The notes under the pieces were generated by a model. It was not told where the DNA came from, did no database searches, and worked only from the letters and a program-made list of their open reading frames with translations. From a virus (lineage: Duplodnaviria; Caudoviricetes): a stretch of DNA of 64,000 nucleotides. Positions 56,501 to 63,925 of this stretch are shown here, piece by piece. Each line of letters starts with the position of its first letter. Positions within the stretch are counted from its first letter, which is position 1. The stretch is from IMG/VR virus record IMGVR_UViG_3300011989_000011, positions 12,252-76,251 of that record. One strand, written 5' to 3'. The position numbers were made by a program, and so were the translations under genes.

Positions 56501-57642
56501 CAGGCATTGTGCACGTCAATACCCTTTCGGACGCGAGACTCGAACTGAAACACGAGCTGTCACTGGAGGCTACCACGATAGATAACGAGACATTGACAGC
56601 CTCGAAGATGATCGGATTCTATACGCACATCCCCAAAGTAGGCGACTTTGCCTATGCGGACGGTACGTTTGATGCTGATTGGGATGATACTCGCGAGTGT
56701 GTCGGCATCGTGTTTATGCGTCAGCCGGTATATGACGCTGACGGGAAAACCGTAACGGCATACGATGTGCATATCTGTGGCCGTGAAGACCTGTTCATGG
56801 AGTCAACGTCGAAGCAGTTGTCAAACTCCACTCACCGTTGGGGGCTGTACCCGGACAATAATCGCGGATTCGCCTCCAGTGAGAGTGCTATCAAGGCCGC
56901 CACGGGGCTAACCAGCGTGTTCGACATACCCACAATACCTAATATAGGTACACGGTGGAACGGTACGCATGCTGTAGACGGTGGTACAAGCAACGGTATT
57001 AATTACGACCGAATCAACGCGGATAACTATCTCGACGCTAATCAGGAGGATGGCTACAAGGTAATCAAGTCGGGTGCCGCACTGTCAGACTATGACGGCA
57101 ATGGTAAAACAGAGAAGATTGTTGAGCATTCGCAGCTCATCATCACCCAATATCTCGACAGACCTCTGCCAAAAACGCTAAAGGAACTGGCAGACGCTAT
57201 GCAGTCGTTAAAAGACGAGAACGCATCGGCAACGAACAATTGGCGGTACGAAGAGTTCTATTATCCCGCTGCTTACGGATGCCATCTTTACGAACCGAGC
57301 GTGAAAGGGGTGTTGGCAGACCAGTATAAGAGCGGAAAGTGGTATTGTCCCGCATGTGGAGAGCTTGAAAGGCTATACAACTTCAAACGCCTGGGACTGG
57401 CTGTTAATAATGCCAACGATAATCCTGCAAGCGAAGCTGTTACTCCTATTTTTGCCAACGCTAACAAGAAGGCGGGCGGAACGATATTCTCGTTTGTAAA
57501 TAACTGGTATTGGAGTGTGAGCGAGGTCGATGCGTACAGCAGTTGGTTCGTGTACTTCAATGACGGCTACGTCTACTACAACTACAGTAAGTCCTCCGAC
57601 GGCTACGTTCGTCCTTGCACGGCATTTACCTTTCACCTTTAA
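50590..57642 (+). CDS. DGR target: large receptor-binding/adhesin protein with C-terminal CLec-type variable domain
   Basis: 2350 aa; ends WYCPACGEL..YWSVSE..WFVYF..YVRPCTAF; its 3' end matches TR. Confidence 0.9.
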   Translation: MAKKISENAIPDINADWGKDASNGLPYSGQAVQTFIKDTMKSLDSSIKKKVGWWCWSTNIDASNFYHLWGFASEDDCTKYKSDPEANASLLLVNEALPISTVQGDSYSAFLFADVSKTADLVVSGNELTAKVRFCAVKNSNGERLNDGSMGTLIIERSVDGSTWNAVETRKGVLVSDDYSGSSFQIFNIASALSSGKQHIRLRASFPYDDGSGKMMTAYSSYVQVGASINFTAIGIALGELHPYTPIRVDSLGAEGARKFPLSYICTGSVPKTLHYVIYDEDGTQIFPTTGFGEIAGINANGTVVNQSVGNESDAPSLFTHGVKTVVAWLTVDDGAGGTIYSNCLVNRFMVINESDAIKKGTDTKSYFLLQQEVPAEKMATLDMDARMIYFGTVTNYTQSQIFSYALFVPTKNSDGNIVLDTENPIDVTFYLSNYLKGTWTPQADGVTLYLEDEERIVASSSELYQFTPSVEIDSTQKSLYAYLHIWINENGTKADLLGRSSGTSSYAISVDNSESYAPISGTTFLLNPKTRNNGESNPMRILNAAKNNVEVESEFSGFDFQTDGWIADGNQRLLRIPSGRKLNIKLNPLAQLRTDPTSSLVVELDYKVSNVTNEDDAIFQIGETVGSFFRGIRMYPLYGEVMPASYETHAESGHVDDIDFGWLENKKVHITFVFNGQVNPVKHGMKYGTPDVHIPSVSSTDYYKDPQTTTIAIAKVFVDGNKYREIHYSTANADEFCTGAMSNGGINIGVNGADIDVYSLRVYAYKQFSDDDALSNYVASLSTTEEKQKVASDNDILDTGATGERVISIDKVHEKGKNTLLWHGQETWFLNQSSALNGWYEIKKYDINGNYLPKHSGSLCRKTGIEVLSGNISDWNKKIKTNNFPFVKGQGSSAKTYWDWNQQFDMSKFKSVIRIPRSAFDSSIVISDVITKDDGSTVVNIYGGCLGADFPLGNTPKEYPIDTTTGLIQVPDGWIDGNGILIGETGTVWHSNGDEETVEGDGYYRGPCYQVADGTPLAQKLVPKINYASCEQTHLMGVNNLYNDLHTAIVGENDLQKAATANGQHCRVSKYTEPFFYFIKNDDSSDITFRGGCSFGAGKMDKSTWGYAKKFKGLSDIKKFAMFEGSNNSLTGTDFRVPFIWRPNGECPDEMTYSVDGEGFGVTEGTGTNRVFQQCWDFDGGATYSAEDEVADPTHKADYPKEEVIKPFVDFANFVYLHSVNIKPYTGGDGTFDSFKTSAESKDYYTKYWMTQGDDKYRLVRYSFGAGEWVDAGLWVQLSDGTYGWNPVYVNSSEPYAYTAKRFAAKYSGDYDKYNEELIKGVAADFKARLPLYADPKSIQLNYCYNIAFFCGTDNCGKNIYFVLSQYNRDVTITLPDGTTETHTGVCRYEMHTDDVDTTVKKDNNGRLRHKYDADRMHPYPNDDKTQEPQYSGMNNCLFNLVEAAWESDTDNTLQTMTATMFSVMTTLATSRDNILGFPYDKTQQSTVLGCLWKYLFFATFYFPARAYNEQGRIRYEYPETLGFVTARQVKPIWQSQGSSYQDELEFMIRRIVYFVSYAAWGPAGGGSGTGIPDADAGGFQMQGTRNPDNTSRVSISITVTAHQTIWPTGNVGGAANGTQDPHVRLRPGQRYTISLGDNTFENDTYFYVYLRNYYRSFGNLATLPVKTQVTVSGVRLEEFVLDPDSVDTVDANGNVVKSDVGKFTDASSGKSVPAFRPSGIVIGSATNIRKIDVHGFSSISGALDVRNLPRLESVDARQTSITTCPLPATHSLTSVQLPASVLEMEVKNQPMLKELSLEGYSNLQKFILRDNNLLDSYTYAVGIYAAKPSGLKSVEFDHVQWDTDSKRCSMDMLMYFADIKAALIGVIYMMAASSDRALTLTDKLRLCSLYENIDDKSNSLYIQYEIKAITKLSITGQSYLSEVGKDYAYSIATRPSTGNNIAVKDGKLQLKWALAASASQYATLKDDKTGIVHVNTLSDARLELKHELSLEATTIDNETLTASKMIGFYTHIPKVGDFAYADGTFDADWDDTRECVGIVFMRQPVYDADGKTVTAYDVHICGREDLFMESTSKQLSNSTHRWGLYPDNNRGFASSESAIKAATGLTSVFDIPTIPNIGTRWNGTHAVDGGTSNGINYDRINADNYLDANQEDGYKVIKSGAALSDYDGNGKTEKIVEHSQLIITQYLDRPLPKTLKELADAMQSLKDENASATNNWRYEEFYYPAAYGCHLYEPSVKGVLADQYKSGKWYCPACGELERLYNFKRLGLAVNNANDNPASEAVTPIFANANKKAGGTIFSFVNNWYWSVSEVDAYSSWFVYFNDGYVYYNYSKSSDGYVRPCTAFTFHL
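57519..57624 (+). repeat. DGR variable repeat (VR) including the IMH end
   Basis: 106-bp match to 58299-58404; 16 mismatches, 15 opposite a TR adenine. Confidence 0.95.
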
Positions 57643-57652
57643 CCTTTGATAA

Positions 57653-57734
57653 GGCGGCCATTTCAAGGCCGCCGTCGCAGGGTGGTGATAACAAACATAT
57701 ATCTTTCCGGACGGGCGACAAGCCCGTCCGGGAA
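57653..57734 (+). promoter_or_regulatory. Two GC-rich hairpins downstream of VR (DGR target-recognition elements)
   Basis: GGCGGCC-7nt-GGCCGCC (57653-57673); CCGGACGGGC-GACAA-GCCCGTCCGG (57707-57731). Confidence 0.75.
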
Positions 57735-57766
57735 ACAACAAAAAGAAACAACAAAATAAAGTAATC

Positions 57767-58213
57767 ATGAACAAGTTGACGGAAGATATTCTGAAGGGCG
57801 CGGAAGTCAACAAGTCACAGCAGAAAAAGAAGCGTACCACGGCACAGCTTCCTATCTACCGTGACGCATCTAATCTTCTGTATATCATCATGCGCGTGAT
57901 GTACCATGCTCCGCGTAAGATGACTAAGGCTTTGGACGAGGCGATTGTGTGCGGTACAGAGTTGTGTCGGTCACTCGCCTTGGCGAACGAGGTGAGAGGC
58001 ATGGAGCGTGCGGCGGCATTGAATATAGCACTGGCTAACGCCTATACGCTTTCCACTATCATCGGCTCGCTTGCTTACTTGGATGTCATATCCAAGTCGG
58101 TATCGAAAGACCTTAGAAAGAAGATTAACAAGATCGTTGCACAAGGCATCGGATGGCGGGAATCCGCAACACAACAGGGTCAGAATGTGCTTCCGAAAGG
58201 AGGTGCACGATGA
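57767..58213 (+). CDS. avd: Accessory variability determinant (four-helix bundle)
   Basis: 148 aa, basic; QLPIYRDA..; C-terminal QGIGW; between VR and TR. Confidence 0.85.
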   Translation: MNKLTEDILKGAEVNKSQQKKKRTTAQLPIYRDASNLLYIIMRVMYHAPRKMTKALDEAIVCGTELCRSLALANEVRGMERAAALNIALANAYTLSTIIGSLAYLDVISKSVSKDLRKKINKIVAQGIGWRESATQQGQNVLPKGGAR

Positions 58214-59601
58214 GAGTTTGTGGGATTTCCATAAATGGGGGGCTTACTGGGTATGGCGTGACAACCATGCCGAGTTACGAAGTTGCAAAGCCCTATAGGA
58301 GCGAGATCAATGCGAACAACAGTTGGAACGTGAACTTCAATGACGGCAACGTCAACAACAACAACAATAAGTCCAACGACTACTACGTTCGTCCTTGCAC
58401 GGCAAATGTGGAATATCAAATCATCCTTCAGACTATCTACGAGGCTTATGAGGACTGCCTAAAAGGGAAAAGAAGCAGCCCGCAGGCATTGGAGTATATG
58501 CCTACGGCGGCAGAGGACTTACCTCTGCTGGCCTGGGAGGTGTACACAATGACCTATAAGCCTTCCGTTTCAACTTGTTTCATGGTTACTTTCCCAAAAC
58601 TCAGGGAAGTATTTGCCGCTGCCTTTCGTGACAGAATCATCCATCACTGGATATGTTTGCGTATGCTGCCGTTGTTTGAGGAACGGTGCCATGAACTTGG
58701 TGATGTCTCTCATGCCTGCCGGAAAGGGTATGGCACGAAAACGGCCATCGCGCAAGTACAAGAAGGCATGATAAGAGTGTCCGACCATCTACAAAAAGAG
58801 GCCTGGATATACAAGGGAGATATAGTCGGGTTCTTTATGAACATCAGCAAAACGATTCTTTGGGATATGCTCGAAGACCTCATTAAGAGGAAATACGTCG
58901 GTGAGGATATGGACACCCTGCTTTATCTGGTAAAAGTAACCGTTTTTCATCATCCCGAAAAGTGCTGTACAATACAATCTCCTATAGAGATGTGGCAGTA
59001 CATAAGTAAGGACAAGTCTTTGTTCTACATAGATGACGACCTCGGGATGCCTATCGGAAACCTTACCACGCAACTTTTCGCTGGGTATTACAACAGCTTT
59101 CTTGATGAGTTTGTCGAGGAACTATTTAGAGGAAAGAACTACAGCTATACAAGAAGCGTAGATGACTTCGTGATTATCTGCGACGACCGTATATTCCTCA
59201 GACACGCCATCCGTCAGATAGCTGATTTCACGTCCGCTCAACTCGGACTGGAATGTCATAAGGACAAAATCTATTTTCAGCCAGTGAGCCACGGAGTAAA
59301 GTTCCTTGGTATGTATGTCTATGCTTATCGGAAGTACACAATTAATCGCACGATTGGAAGATTTATAGACAGGATAAATCTCTGTATTTCTGAATGCGAG
59401 GCAGGGATGACGGAGATAAGGGCGGAATATTGGTCGCACGTATTCAACTCTTATTTTGGTTTTCTCGTGCAAGGGAACGAATACCGGAAACGAACCGAAA
59501 TATTCAAGATGCTACCTCATGCGTGGTATATCTATTTCGGCATAACAAACAGAAGAAAAGTAACAATTAAAAGAAGATACAGATATGACAAATGTAATTA
59601 A
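58210..59601 (+). CDS. DGR reverse transcriptase (start 58210, or GTG 58408)
   Basis: KLREVFAAAFRDRIIHH, ACRKGYG, KGDIVGFF, GMPIGNLTTQ, RSVDDF, FLG. Confidence 0.93.
   Translation: MRVCGISINGGLTGYGVTTMPSYEVAKPYRSEINANNSWNVNFNDGNVNNNNNKSNDYYVRPCTANVEYQIILQTIYEAYEDCLKGKRSSPQALEYMPTAAEDLPLLAWEVYTMTYKPSVSTCFMVTFPKLREVFAAAFRDRIIHHWICLRMLPLFEERCHELGDVSHACRKGYGTKTAIAQVQEGMIRVSDHLQKEAWIYKGDIVGFFMNISKTILWDMLEDLIKRKYVGEDMDTLLYLVKVTVFHHPEKCCTIQSPIEMWQYISKDKSLFYIDDDLGMPIGNLTTQLFAGYYNSFLDEFVEELFRGKNYSYTRSVDDFVIICDDRIFLRHAIRQIADFTSAQLGLECHKDKIYFQPVSHGVKFLGMYVYAYRKYTINRTIGRFIDRINLCISECEAGMTEIRAEYWSHVFNSYFGFLVQGNEYRKRTEIFKMLPHAWYIYFGITNRRKVTIKRRYRYDKCN
58299..58404 (+). repeat. DGR template repeat (TR)
   Basis: 13 AAY codons in the VR frame; A where VR has T, G or C. 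Confidence 0.95.
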
Positions 59602-60208
59602 GAGCCGTATCTACGGCAAGCAGCCGCACGACATCTATACGGTATTGTTCAATACGGACAAAGAGCAGGCTGACAGTGTGAACCTCACAGTACCGACGCT
59701 GGATGACCTCTCGGTGGCATTGGATGATAGTTTCATTCCTCAGTCCGAGCTCGTACAAACGCTTGCGGACTTTGAGCAAGAGGGTTCTGTTAGTTTCTCA
59801 GATGAAGCAAAATTCATTTTTGCCAAGGAACAGGTGAAGAAGGCTATCAACGCATACGACACAGCCGAAGGTGTCGGTTGCGTGAACAACTTTTACTTTG
59901 AGTATGAAGGACAAAAGTTCCCGTACTGGTTCAATGCCTACGAGCGCACGGCCTTGACATCCGAGGCTACTCAGTGGGCAAAAAAGTATGGGAAGTATCG
60001 CATAGACGCACGGAAGTACGGCATAAGCTTCGAGGTAAGCTGTGAGACATTGCTTGATTGGCTTGGACAGTTAAAAGACTATGCAATTAAGTGCTACAAC
60101 AAGACCACCGATCATCTGATAGCGGTGGATAAATGCGTGTCAATGGAAGATTTGATAGCCTACGACTATAAGACTGGTTATCCGGACAACTTAATATTTT
60201 CGGTATGA
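59585..60208 (+). CDS. DUF4376-like tail fibre assembly protein
   Basis: KAINAYD..VNNF..WFNAYER..CYNKTTDH..YDYKTGYP. Confidence 0.65.
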   Translation: MTNVIKSRIYGKQPHDIYTVLFNTDKEQADSVNLTVPTLDDLSVALDDSFIPQSELVQTLADFEQEGSVSFSDEAKFIFAKEQVKKAINAYDTAEGVGCVNNFYFEYEGQKFPYWFNAYERTALTSEATQWAKKYGKYRIDARKYGISFEVSCETLLDWLGQLKDYAIKCYNKTTDHLIAVDKCVSMEDLIAYDYKTGYPDNLIFSV

Positions 60209-60492
60209 GATTAAGAGGTTGTTTTTGGCACAAGGGTAGCAATGGCCTCGGTGTTGGTCCCATGTGGCTACGCCGGTGGCTCCCCTACCGCAAGACATTT
60301 GACGCGGCGGCTCGAAAGCACGATGAGTGGTACGATACGAAAGGCGACGGATGGGCGAGAGAACTCGATGATCTGCTGTTTCTCTGTGAGTGCCTGAGGG
60401 TGGCCAAGACTTCTATGCAGCGGCTGTTCGCTTACCTGTATTTCATGCTTGTTCGCATGTTCGGTTGGGCGTTCTACAGATACGACAGATAG
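60205..60492 (+). CDS. Conserved small phage protein
   Basis: AARKHDEWY..D..FL..YFMLVRMFG. Confidence 0.55.
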   Translation: MRLRGCFWHKGSNGLGVGPMWLRRWLPYRKTFDAAARKHDEWYDTKGDGWARELDDLLFLCECLRVAKTSMQRLFAYLYFMLVRMFGWAFYRYDR

Positions 60493-60579
60493 GCTTTAAT
60501 GATAAGCAATTCTTGACAGTTCTGTTCGGCGAGTTACAACTCGTCGTTAAAAATAAGTTTCACTTAAAACGTTTAGATT

Positions 60580-60879
60580 ATGAAAAAGATTCTTAGTGTT
60601 TATGACCGTGTCGCTGAGTGGCTTTGCAGCTTCGACAGCGACAAGTATGTTCATTTGCTTTTGGGCTTGCTGATCAGTTTCGCGGTGTCATGGGCATTTA
60701 TGCTCACCACCATGGGAGCAACCAAGCCCGTGTGCGCCGTATGCGGTATGATTGCGGCGATGTTCGTCGGCTTCATTAAGGAGGTCGTTGACTTCTTCCG
60801 TGACAAGCCTTTCGACGCAAAGGACTGGCTGTTCACCGTTATTGGTGGAGTGATTGGAGTTATCTTATATGTTATCTGA
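60580..60879 (+). CDS. Small membrane protein (holin/VanZ-like)
   Basis: DKYVH, three hydrophobic helices, KEVVD..DWLFT. Confidence 0.6.
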   Translation: MKKILSVYDRVAEWLCSFDSDKYVHLLLGLLISFAVSWAFMLTTMGATKPVCAVCGMIAAMFVGFIKEVVDFFRDKPFDAKDWLFTVIGGVIGVILYVI

Positions 60880-60881
60880 GA

Positions 60882-61373
60882 ATGAATAAATCTGATTTGA
60901 TAAAGAGCACGAACCTTACAATAGGAGGTCTGTTCGGGTGGTTTGTCGGTACTTTCAAACCCTCATTCCCACTCATGATTATAGCAGTGATATTCATTCT
61001 ATACGATGCATGGACAGCCTACAGACTTTACAAGCGAGCACACAAGAAATATCCCGATAGAACGAAAAGGCATCAAGCCAAGTTCACATCTTTTGCTTTC
61101 GGCAAAGTAGTGAAGGTAACGATACCCGAGCGTTTATGGCTGATATTCCTTGCTTACCTTGTAGAGAAGTGGGTCTGTAAAGACGTACAGATTCCTCTCA
61201 GCTATATCGTGACGGGTGTAGTTTGCTTTGAGCAGTTTTGGTCTATCTGTGAGAACCAAAGTTCTTGCAGAGACGACAATGATAGTAAAATATGGAGATT
61301 CCTTCAGCGTTTCATGATAGACAAGACAGAACGTCATTTGGATGAGACGTTGGATGAGTTCAAAAGTAATTAG
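60882..61373 (+). CDS. Holin
   Basis: Transmembrane helices; EQFWSICEN; directly before endolysin. Confidence 0.7.
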   Translation: MNKSDLIKSTNLTIGGLFGWFVGTFKPSFPLMIIAVIFILYDAWTAYRLYKRAHKKYPDRTKRHQAKFTSFAFGKVVKVTIPERLWLIFLAYLVEKWVCKDVQIPLSYIVTGVVCFEQFWSICENQSSCRDDNDSKIWRFLQRFMIDKTERHLDETLDEFKSN

Positions 61374-61375
61374 TT

Positions 61376-61930
61376 ATGGCAAAGATTGATATTTTGGCTC
61401 CATTCATCTTAAGTTTTGAGGGTGGTTATGTCAACGACCCTCATGACAAAGGAGGAGCGACAAACAAAGGTGTCACTATTGCCGTATGGAGAAAATACGG
61501 CTACGATAAGAATGGTGATGGTAAGATTAACGAGAAAGACGTGATGCGTATCTCAGATGCAGACGCAATCAAGATTATGAAGAAAATCTTTTGGGACGCA
61601 TGGAAAGCTGATGAGATAAAGGATCAGTCTGTAGCCAACATTCTTGTCGATTGGCTTTGGGCGAGCGGTTCATACGCCATCACGTGGACTCAGCGAGCGT
61701 TGGGATTGAAGGTAGATGGTAAGGTCGGGCCGGTAACTGTAGCGGCTATCAACAAACAACCCTCCAAGGAATTGTTTGTGAAGTTGCACAAGCTACGCCT
61801 CGACTATATAGACTACATCTGCAAGAAGAATGCCAACAATCTCAGATACAAGAAAGGATGGGTGAGACGTATCAACGCTATCGGCTATGGTTCCCTCACC
61901 TATGCTAATGGTAAGACTTCAAAGTTCTGA
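61376..61930 (+). CDS. Endolysin, glycoside hydrolase family 108 with peptidoglycan-binding domain
   Basis: EGGYVNDPHDKGGATNKGVT; YKKGWVRRI. Confidence 0.92.
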   Translation: MAKIDILAPFILSFEGGYVNDPHDKGGATNKGVTIAVWRKYGYDKNGDGKINEKDVMRISDADAIKIMKKIFWDAWKADEIKDQSVANILVDWLWASGSYAITWTQRALGLKVDGKVGPVTVAAINKQPSKELFVKLHKLRLDYIDYICKKNANNLRYKKGWVRRINAIGYGSLTYANGKTSKF

Positions 61931-61933
61931 GTT

Positions 61934-62482
61934 ATGGATGATAAGGTTAAGAGTAAGTTATGCTTTTGGTTGGTAATAGCTTTCTACGTGCTTATAGCAG
62001 GTGGCATCTTCTACGGAGGTTACCTAACGGGTATAAAGCATTGCAAGAAAGGTATGCCGGATATTAGCACTACGAGCAAAGTAGACACATCGAAATCGGT
62101 TGCGCCTACCCCAATAGCAACCACTCCACAAGGATATATTAAGGTGAGAGTTGTTCACGATCAGCCTTTGAATAATGTTGAGAGGAATGTTCTCATCATA
62201 GGTCCTTCTGAAAAGGTGTCGGATTCGACAAGTTTGGACTCAGCCTATATCCCCATTACTCAGAAAGAGTACAGAGATAGTAACTACACTGCGTGGATAA
62301 GCGGATACGAACCAAGGTTGGATAGTATCTATGTCATGTCAAGAACCACCACCATTACCAAGACTGCAAGGAGATTCAGACGTTGGAACATTGGTATCAG
62401 TGGAGGTTATGGCTATGGCATCTTATCCAAGCGGTTTGAACCTTATATTGGATTCGGGATAACATTTAGTGTATTCAAGTAG
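61934..62482 (+). CDS. Membrane-anchored lysis accessory protein (spanin-like)
   Basis: N-terminal TM helix; YTAWISGYEPRLDSI; C-terminal GISGGYGY..PYIGFG. Confidence 0.6.
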   Translation: MDDKVKSKLCFWLVIAFYVLIAGGIFYGGYLTGIKHCKKGMPDISTTSKVDTSKSVAPTPIATTPQGYIKVRVVHDQPLNNVERNVLIIGPSEKVSDSTSLDSAYIPITQKEYRDSNYTAWISGYEPRLDSIYVMSRTTTITKTARRFRRWNIGISGGYGYGILSKRFEPYIGFGITFSVFK

Positions 62483-62534
62483 GTTTTAAGACGTTAATTT
62501 ATTTGTTGTTTTTTAGGTTTTTAGTTTCTTGTTT

Positions 62535-62567
62535 ATCGGCATTGGCTGTGAAGTCAGTGCCGATTTT
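62535..62567 (+). terminator. Hairpin terminator between the convergent lysis and integrase genes
   Basis: ATCGGCATTGGC-TGTGAA-GTCAGTGCCGAT followed by TTT. Confidence 0.6.
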
Positions 62568-63792
62568 CTATATAGTCGATAACCTTTCTGTTGGCTTCAT
62601 CCACCTTCTTCATGTCGAATTTGATATAGGTGTCAGTAACTGAATACCCTCCATGCCCTAATGCAGCAGCGATTGTCTCTTTTGGGATATCCAACTCAGC
62701 AGCCGTTGTTGCCCATGAATGTCTTGCCCAATATAGAGATATGTTAGGAAACAAGCCGATACGTTTGGTTATCAGTTTATGCTTCTTGCTATTTGGTTTC
62801 CACTTCGGGTTAGGAATCATCTGAACGGGCCCGATACGTTTCAGTTGTCGGTCAATCTTCATCGTTAGGCTCTTGTAAGACGAAAATCCCTCCCCAAAGG
62901 ATAGGAGTAAGTCTTTTCCTCTGTACTTATCTATGAGTTCCAATGCTTCGGGTTCAACCTTGATATCATACAAGCGGCCAGTCTTGGCACGGTTGTACAT
63001 GATCCGTCCGTTTTGAATCTCAGTTAGAGCGCATAGGTCAACGAGGTTGATACCTATCAGATAGAAGGTAAGTTTGAAGATATCCACATACCTTTGCTGC
63101 CATTTCTCGCAAGGATAGGAGAAAAGGGTTCTAATGTCTTCGACTGACATAGAACGCTTCGGTGTCGCTTCGGGTCTGATTTTGAACTGCCGGAAAGGGT
63201 AGAACTGAGTGATATTGTTGTCGATGGCATCATTAAAGACAGCACGAATATTTCTGAAATGAATGTTGCGCCCGTTTACGGAATGGTTGTACTTGGTAAG
63301 GAACAACTCGAAATCAGTCAGCCAATCCTTTGTAATGTCTTCGAACTTCAATAGATTTGCGTTTGGCGCAAACTCCTTTATCCGTTTCAGCGTTATAGCA
63401 TACTTCTCGACAGTGCTTGACGCTTTGAGTCTTTTCATATACTCATCATACCTATAAAGAAAGAGAGATTTATCTATATGAACGGGAGAAAGCATATCAG
63501 ATATACGATTCTTTATCTGAGTAGCGTTCATTAGTGCGAGATCGCCTTTTTCGGTAAGCTCCATAAGGATGTTGTCAAACTGACTTTTGCGAGTTTGGAT
63601 AAAGTTGTTAAGTTTGGCTTTGTTAGGATTGTCCTTCACACGCTCCTTCACAGAATCCCATTGCGAGGGTTGCAGTTTCAGTCCAATAGGATATTGCGCT
63701 GACTTGCCATGCTTCGTGATGGTTATCTTCAACGGACACTCACCTTTGGCGTTCTTTGAGCGAGTATCTAAGTAAAGTTTCGTAGTTGTCAT
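62554..63792 (-). CDS. int: Tyrosine integrase with arm-binding and SAM-like domains
   Basis: YNRAKTG, YWARHSWAT, ALGH, TDTYI; N-terminal KLYLDTR. Confidence 0.95.
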   Translation of the reverse strand: MTTTKLYLDTRSKNAKGECPLKITITKHGKSAQYPIGLKLQPSQWDSVKERVKDNPNKAKLNNFIQTRKSQFDNILMELTEKGDLALMNATQIKNRISDMLSPVHIDKSLFLYRYDEYMKRLKASSTVEKYAITLKRIKEFAPNANLLKFEDITKDWLTDFELFLTKYNHSVNGRNIHFRNIRAVFNDAIDNNITQFYPFRQFKIRPEATPKRSMSVEDIRTLFSYPCEKWQQRYVDIFKLTFYLIGINLVDLCALTEIQNGRIMYNRAKTGRLYDIKVEPEALELIDKYRGKDLLLSFGEGFSSYKSLTMKIDRQLKRIGPVQMIPNPKWKPNSKKHKLITKRIGLFPNISLYWARHSWATTAAELDIPKETIAAALGHGGYSVTDTYIKFDMKKVDEANRKVIDYIENRH

Positions 63793-63803
63793 TGCTCCAA
63801 GAT

Positions 63804-63878
63804 TTGCAAGTTATTTGCAAGTTTTTCTGAGCAAACTTGCAAGTAATTGCTAAGTTTTGCCCAAGAAAATTGCAGAAG
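63804..63878. repeat. Phased TTGC(AAGT) repeats; candidate att arm-type sites
   Basis: TTGCAAGT at 63804, 63815, 63837; TTGC variants at 63847, 63857, 63870. Confidence 0.55.
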
Positions 63879-63925
63879 TTGTTTCTTAATTACGTTCCAA
63901 ATGCCTTGATTTCAAGGTCTTTTAG

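Larger units (their letters stand above)
57519..59601 (+). mobile_element. Diversity-generating retroelement (VR, hairpins, avd, TR, RT)
   Basis: Adenine-specific TR/VR mismatches plus avd and RT genes. Confidence 0.95.

Noticed and set aside
58346-58370. AAC microsatellite or CRISPR-like repeat
   Set aside because: It is the Asn-codon run of the DGR template repeat; there is no repeat-spacer array anywhere in the window
58153-59601. RT as group II intron or retron; ORF-track start at 58153
   Set aside because: No maturase or endonuclease domain; avd and TR/VR define a DGR; the 58153 ATG lies inside avd
543-63775. Remaining short overlapping or antisense ORFs in the track
   Set aside because: They overlap better-supported genes and lack recognisable motifs or start contexts
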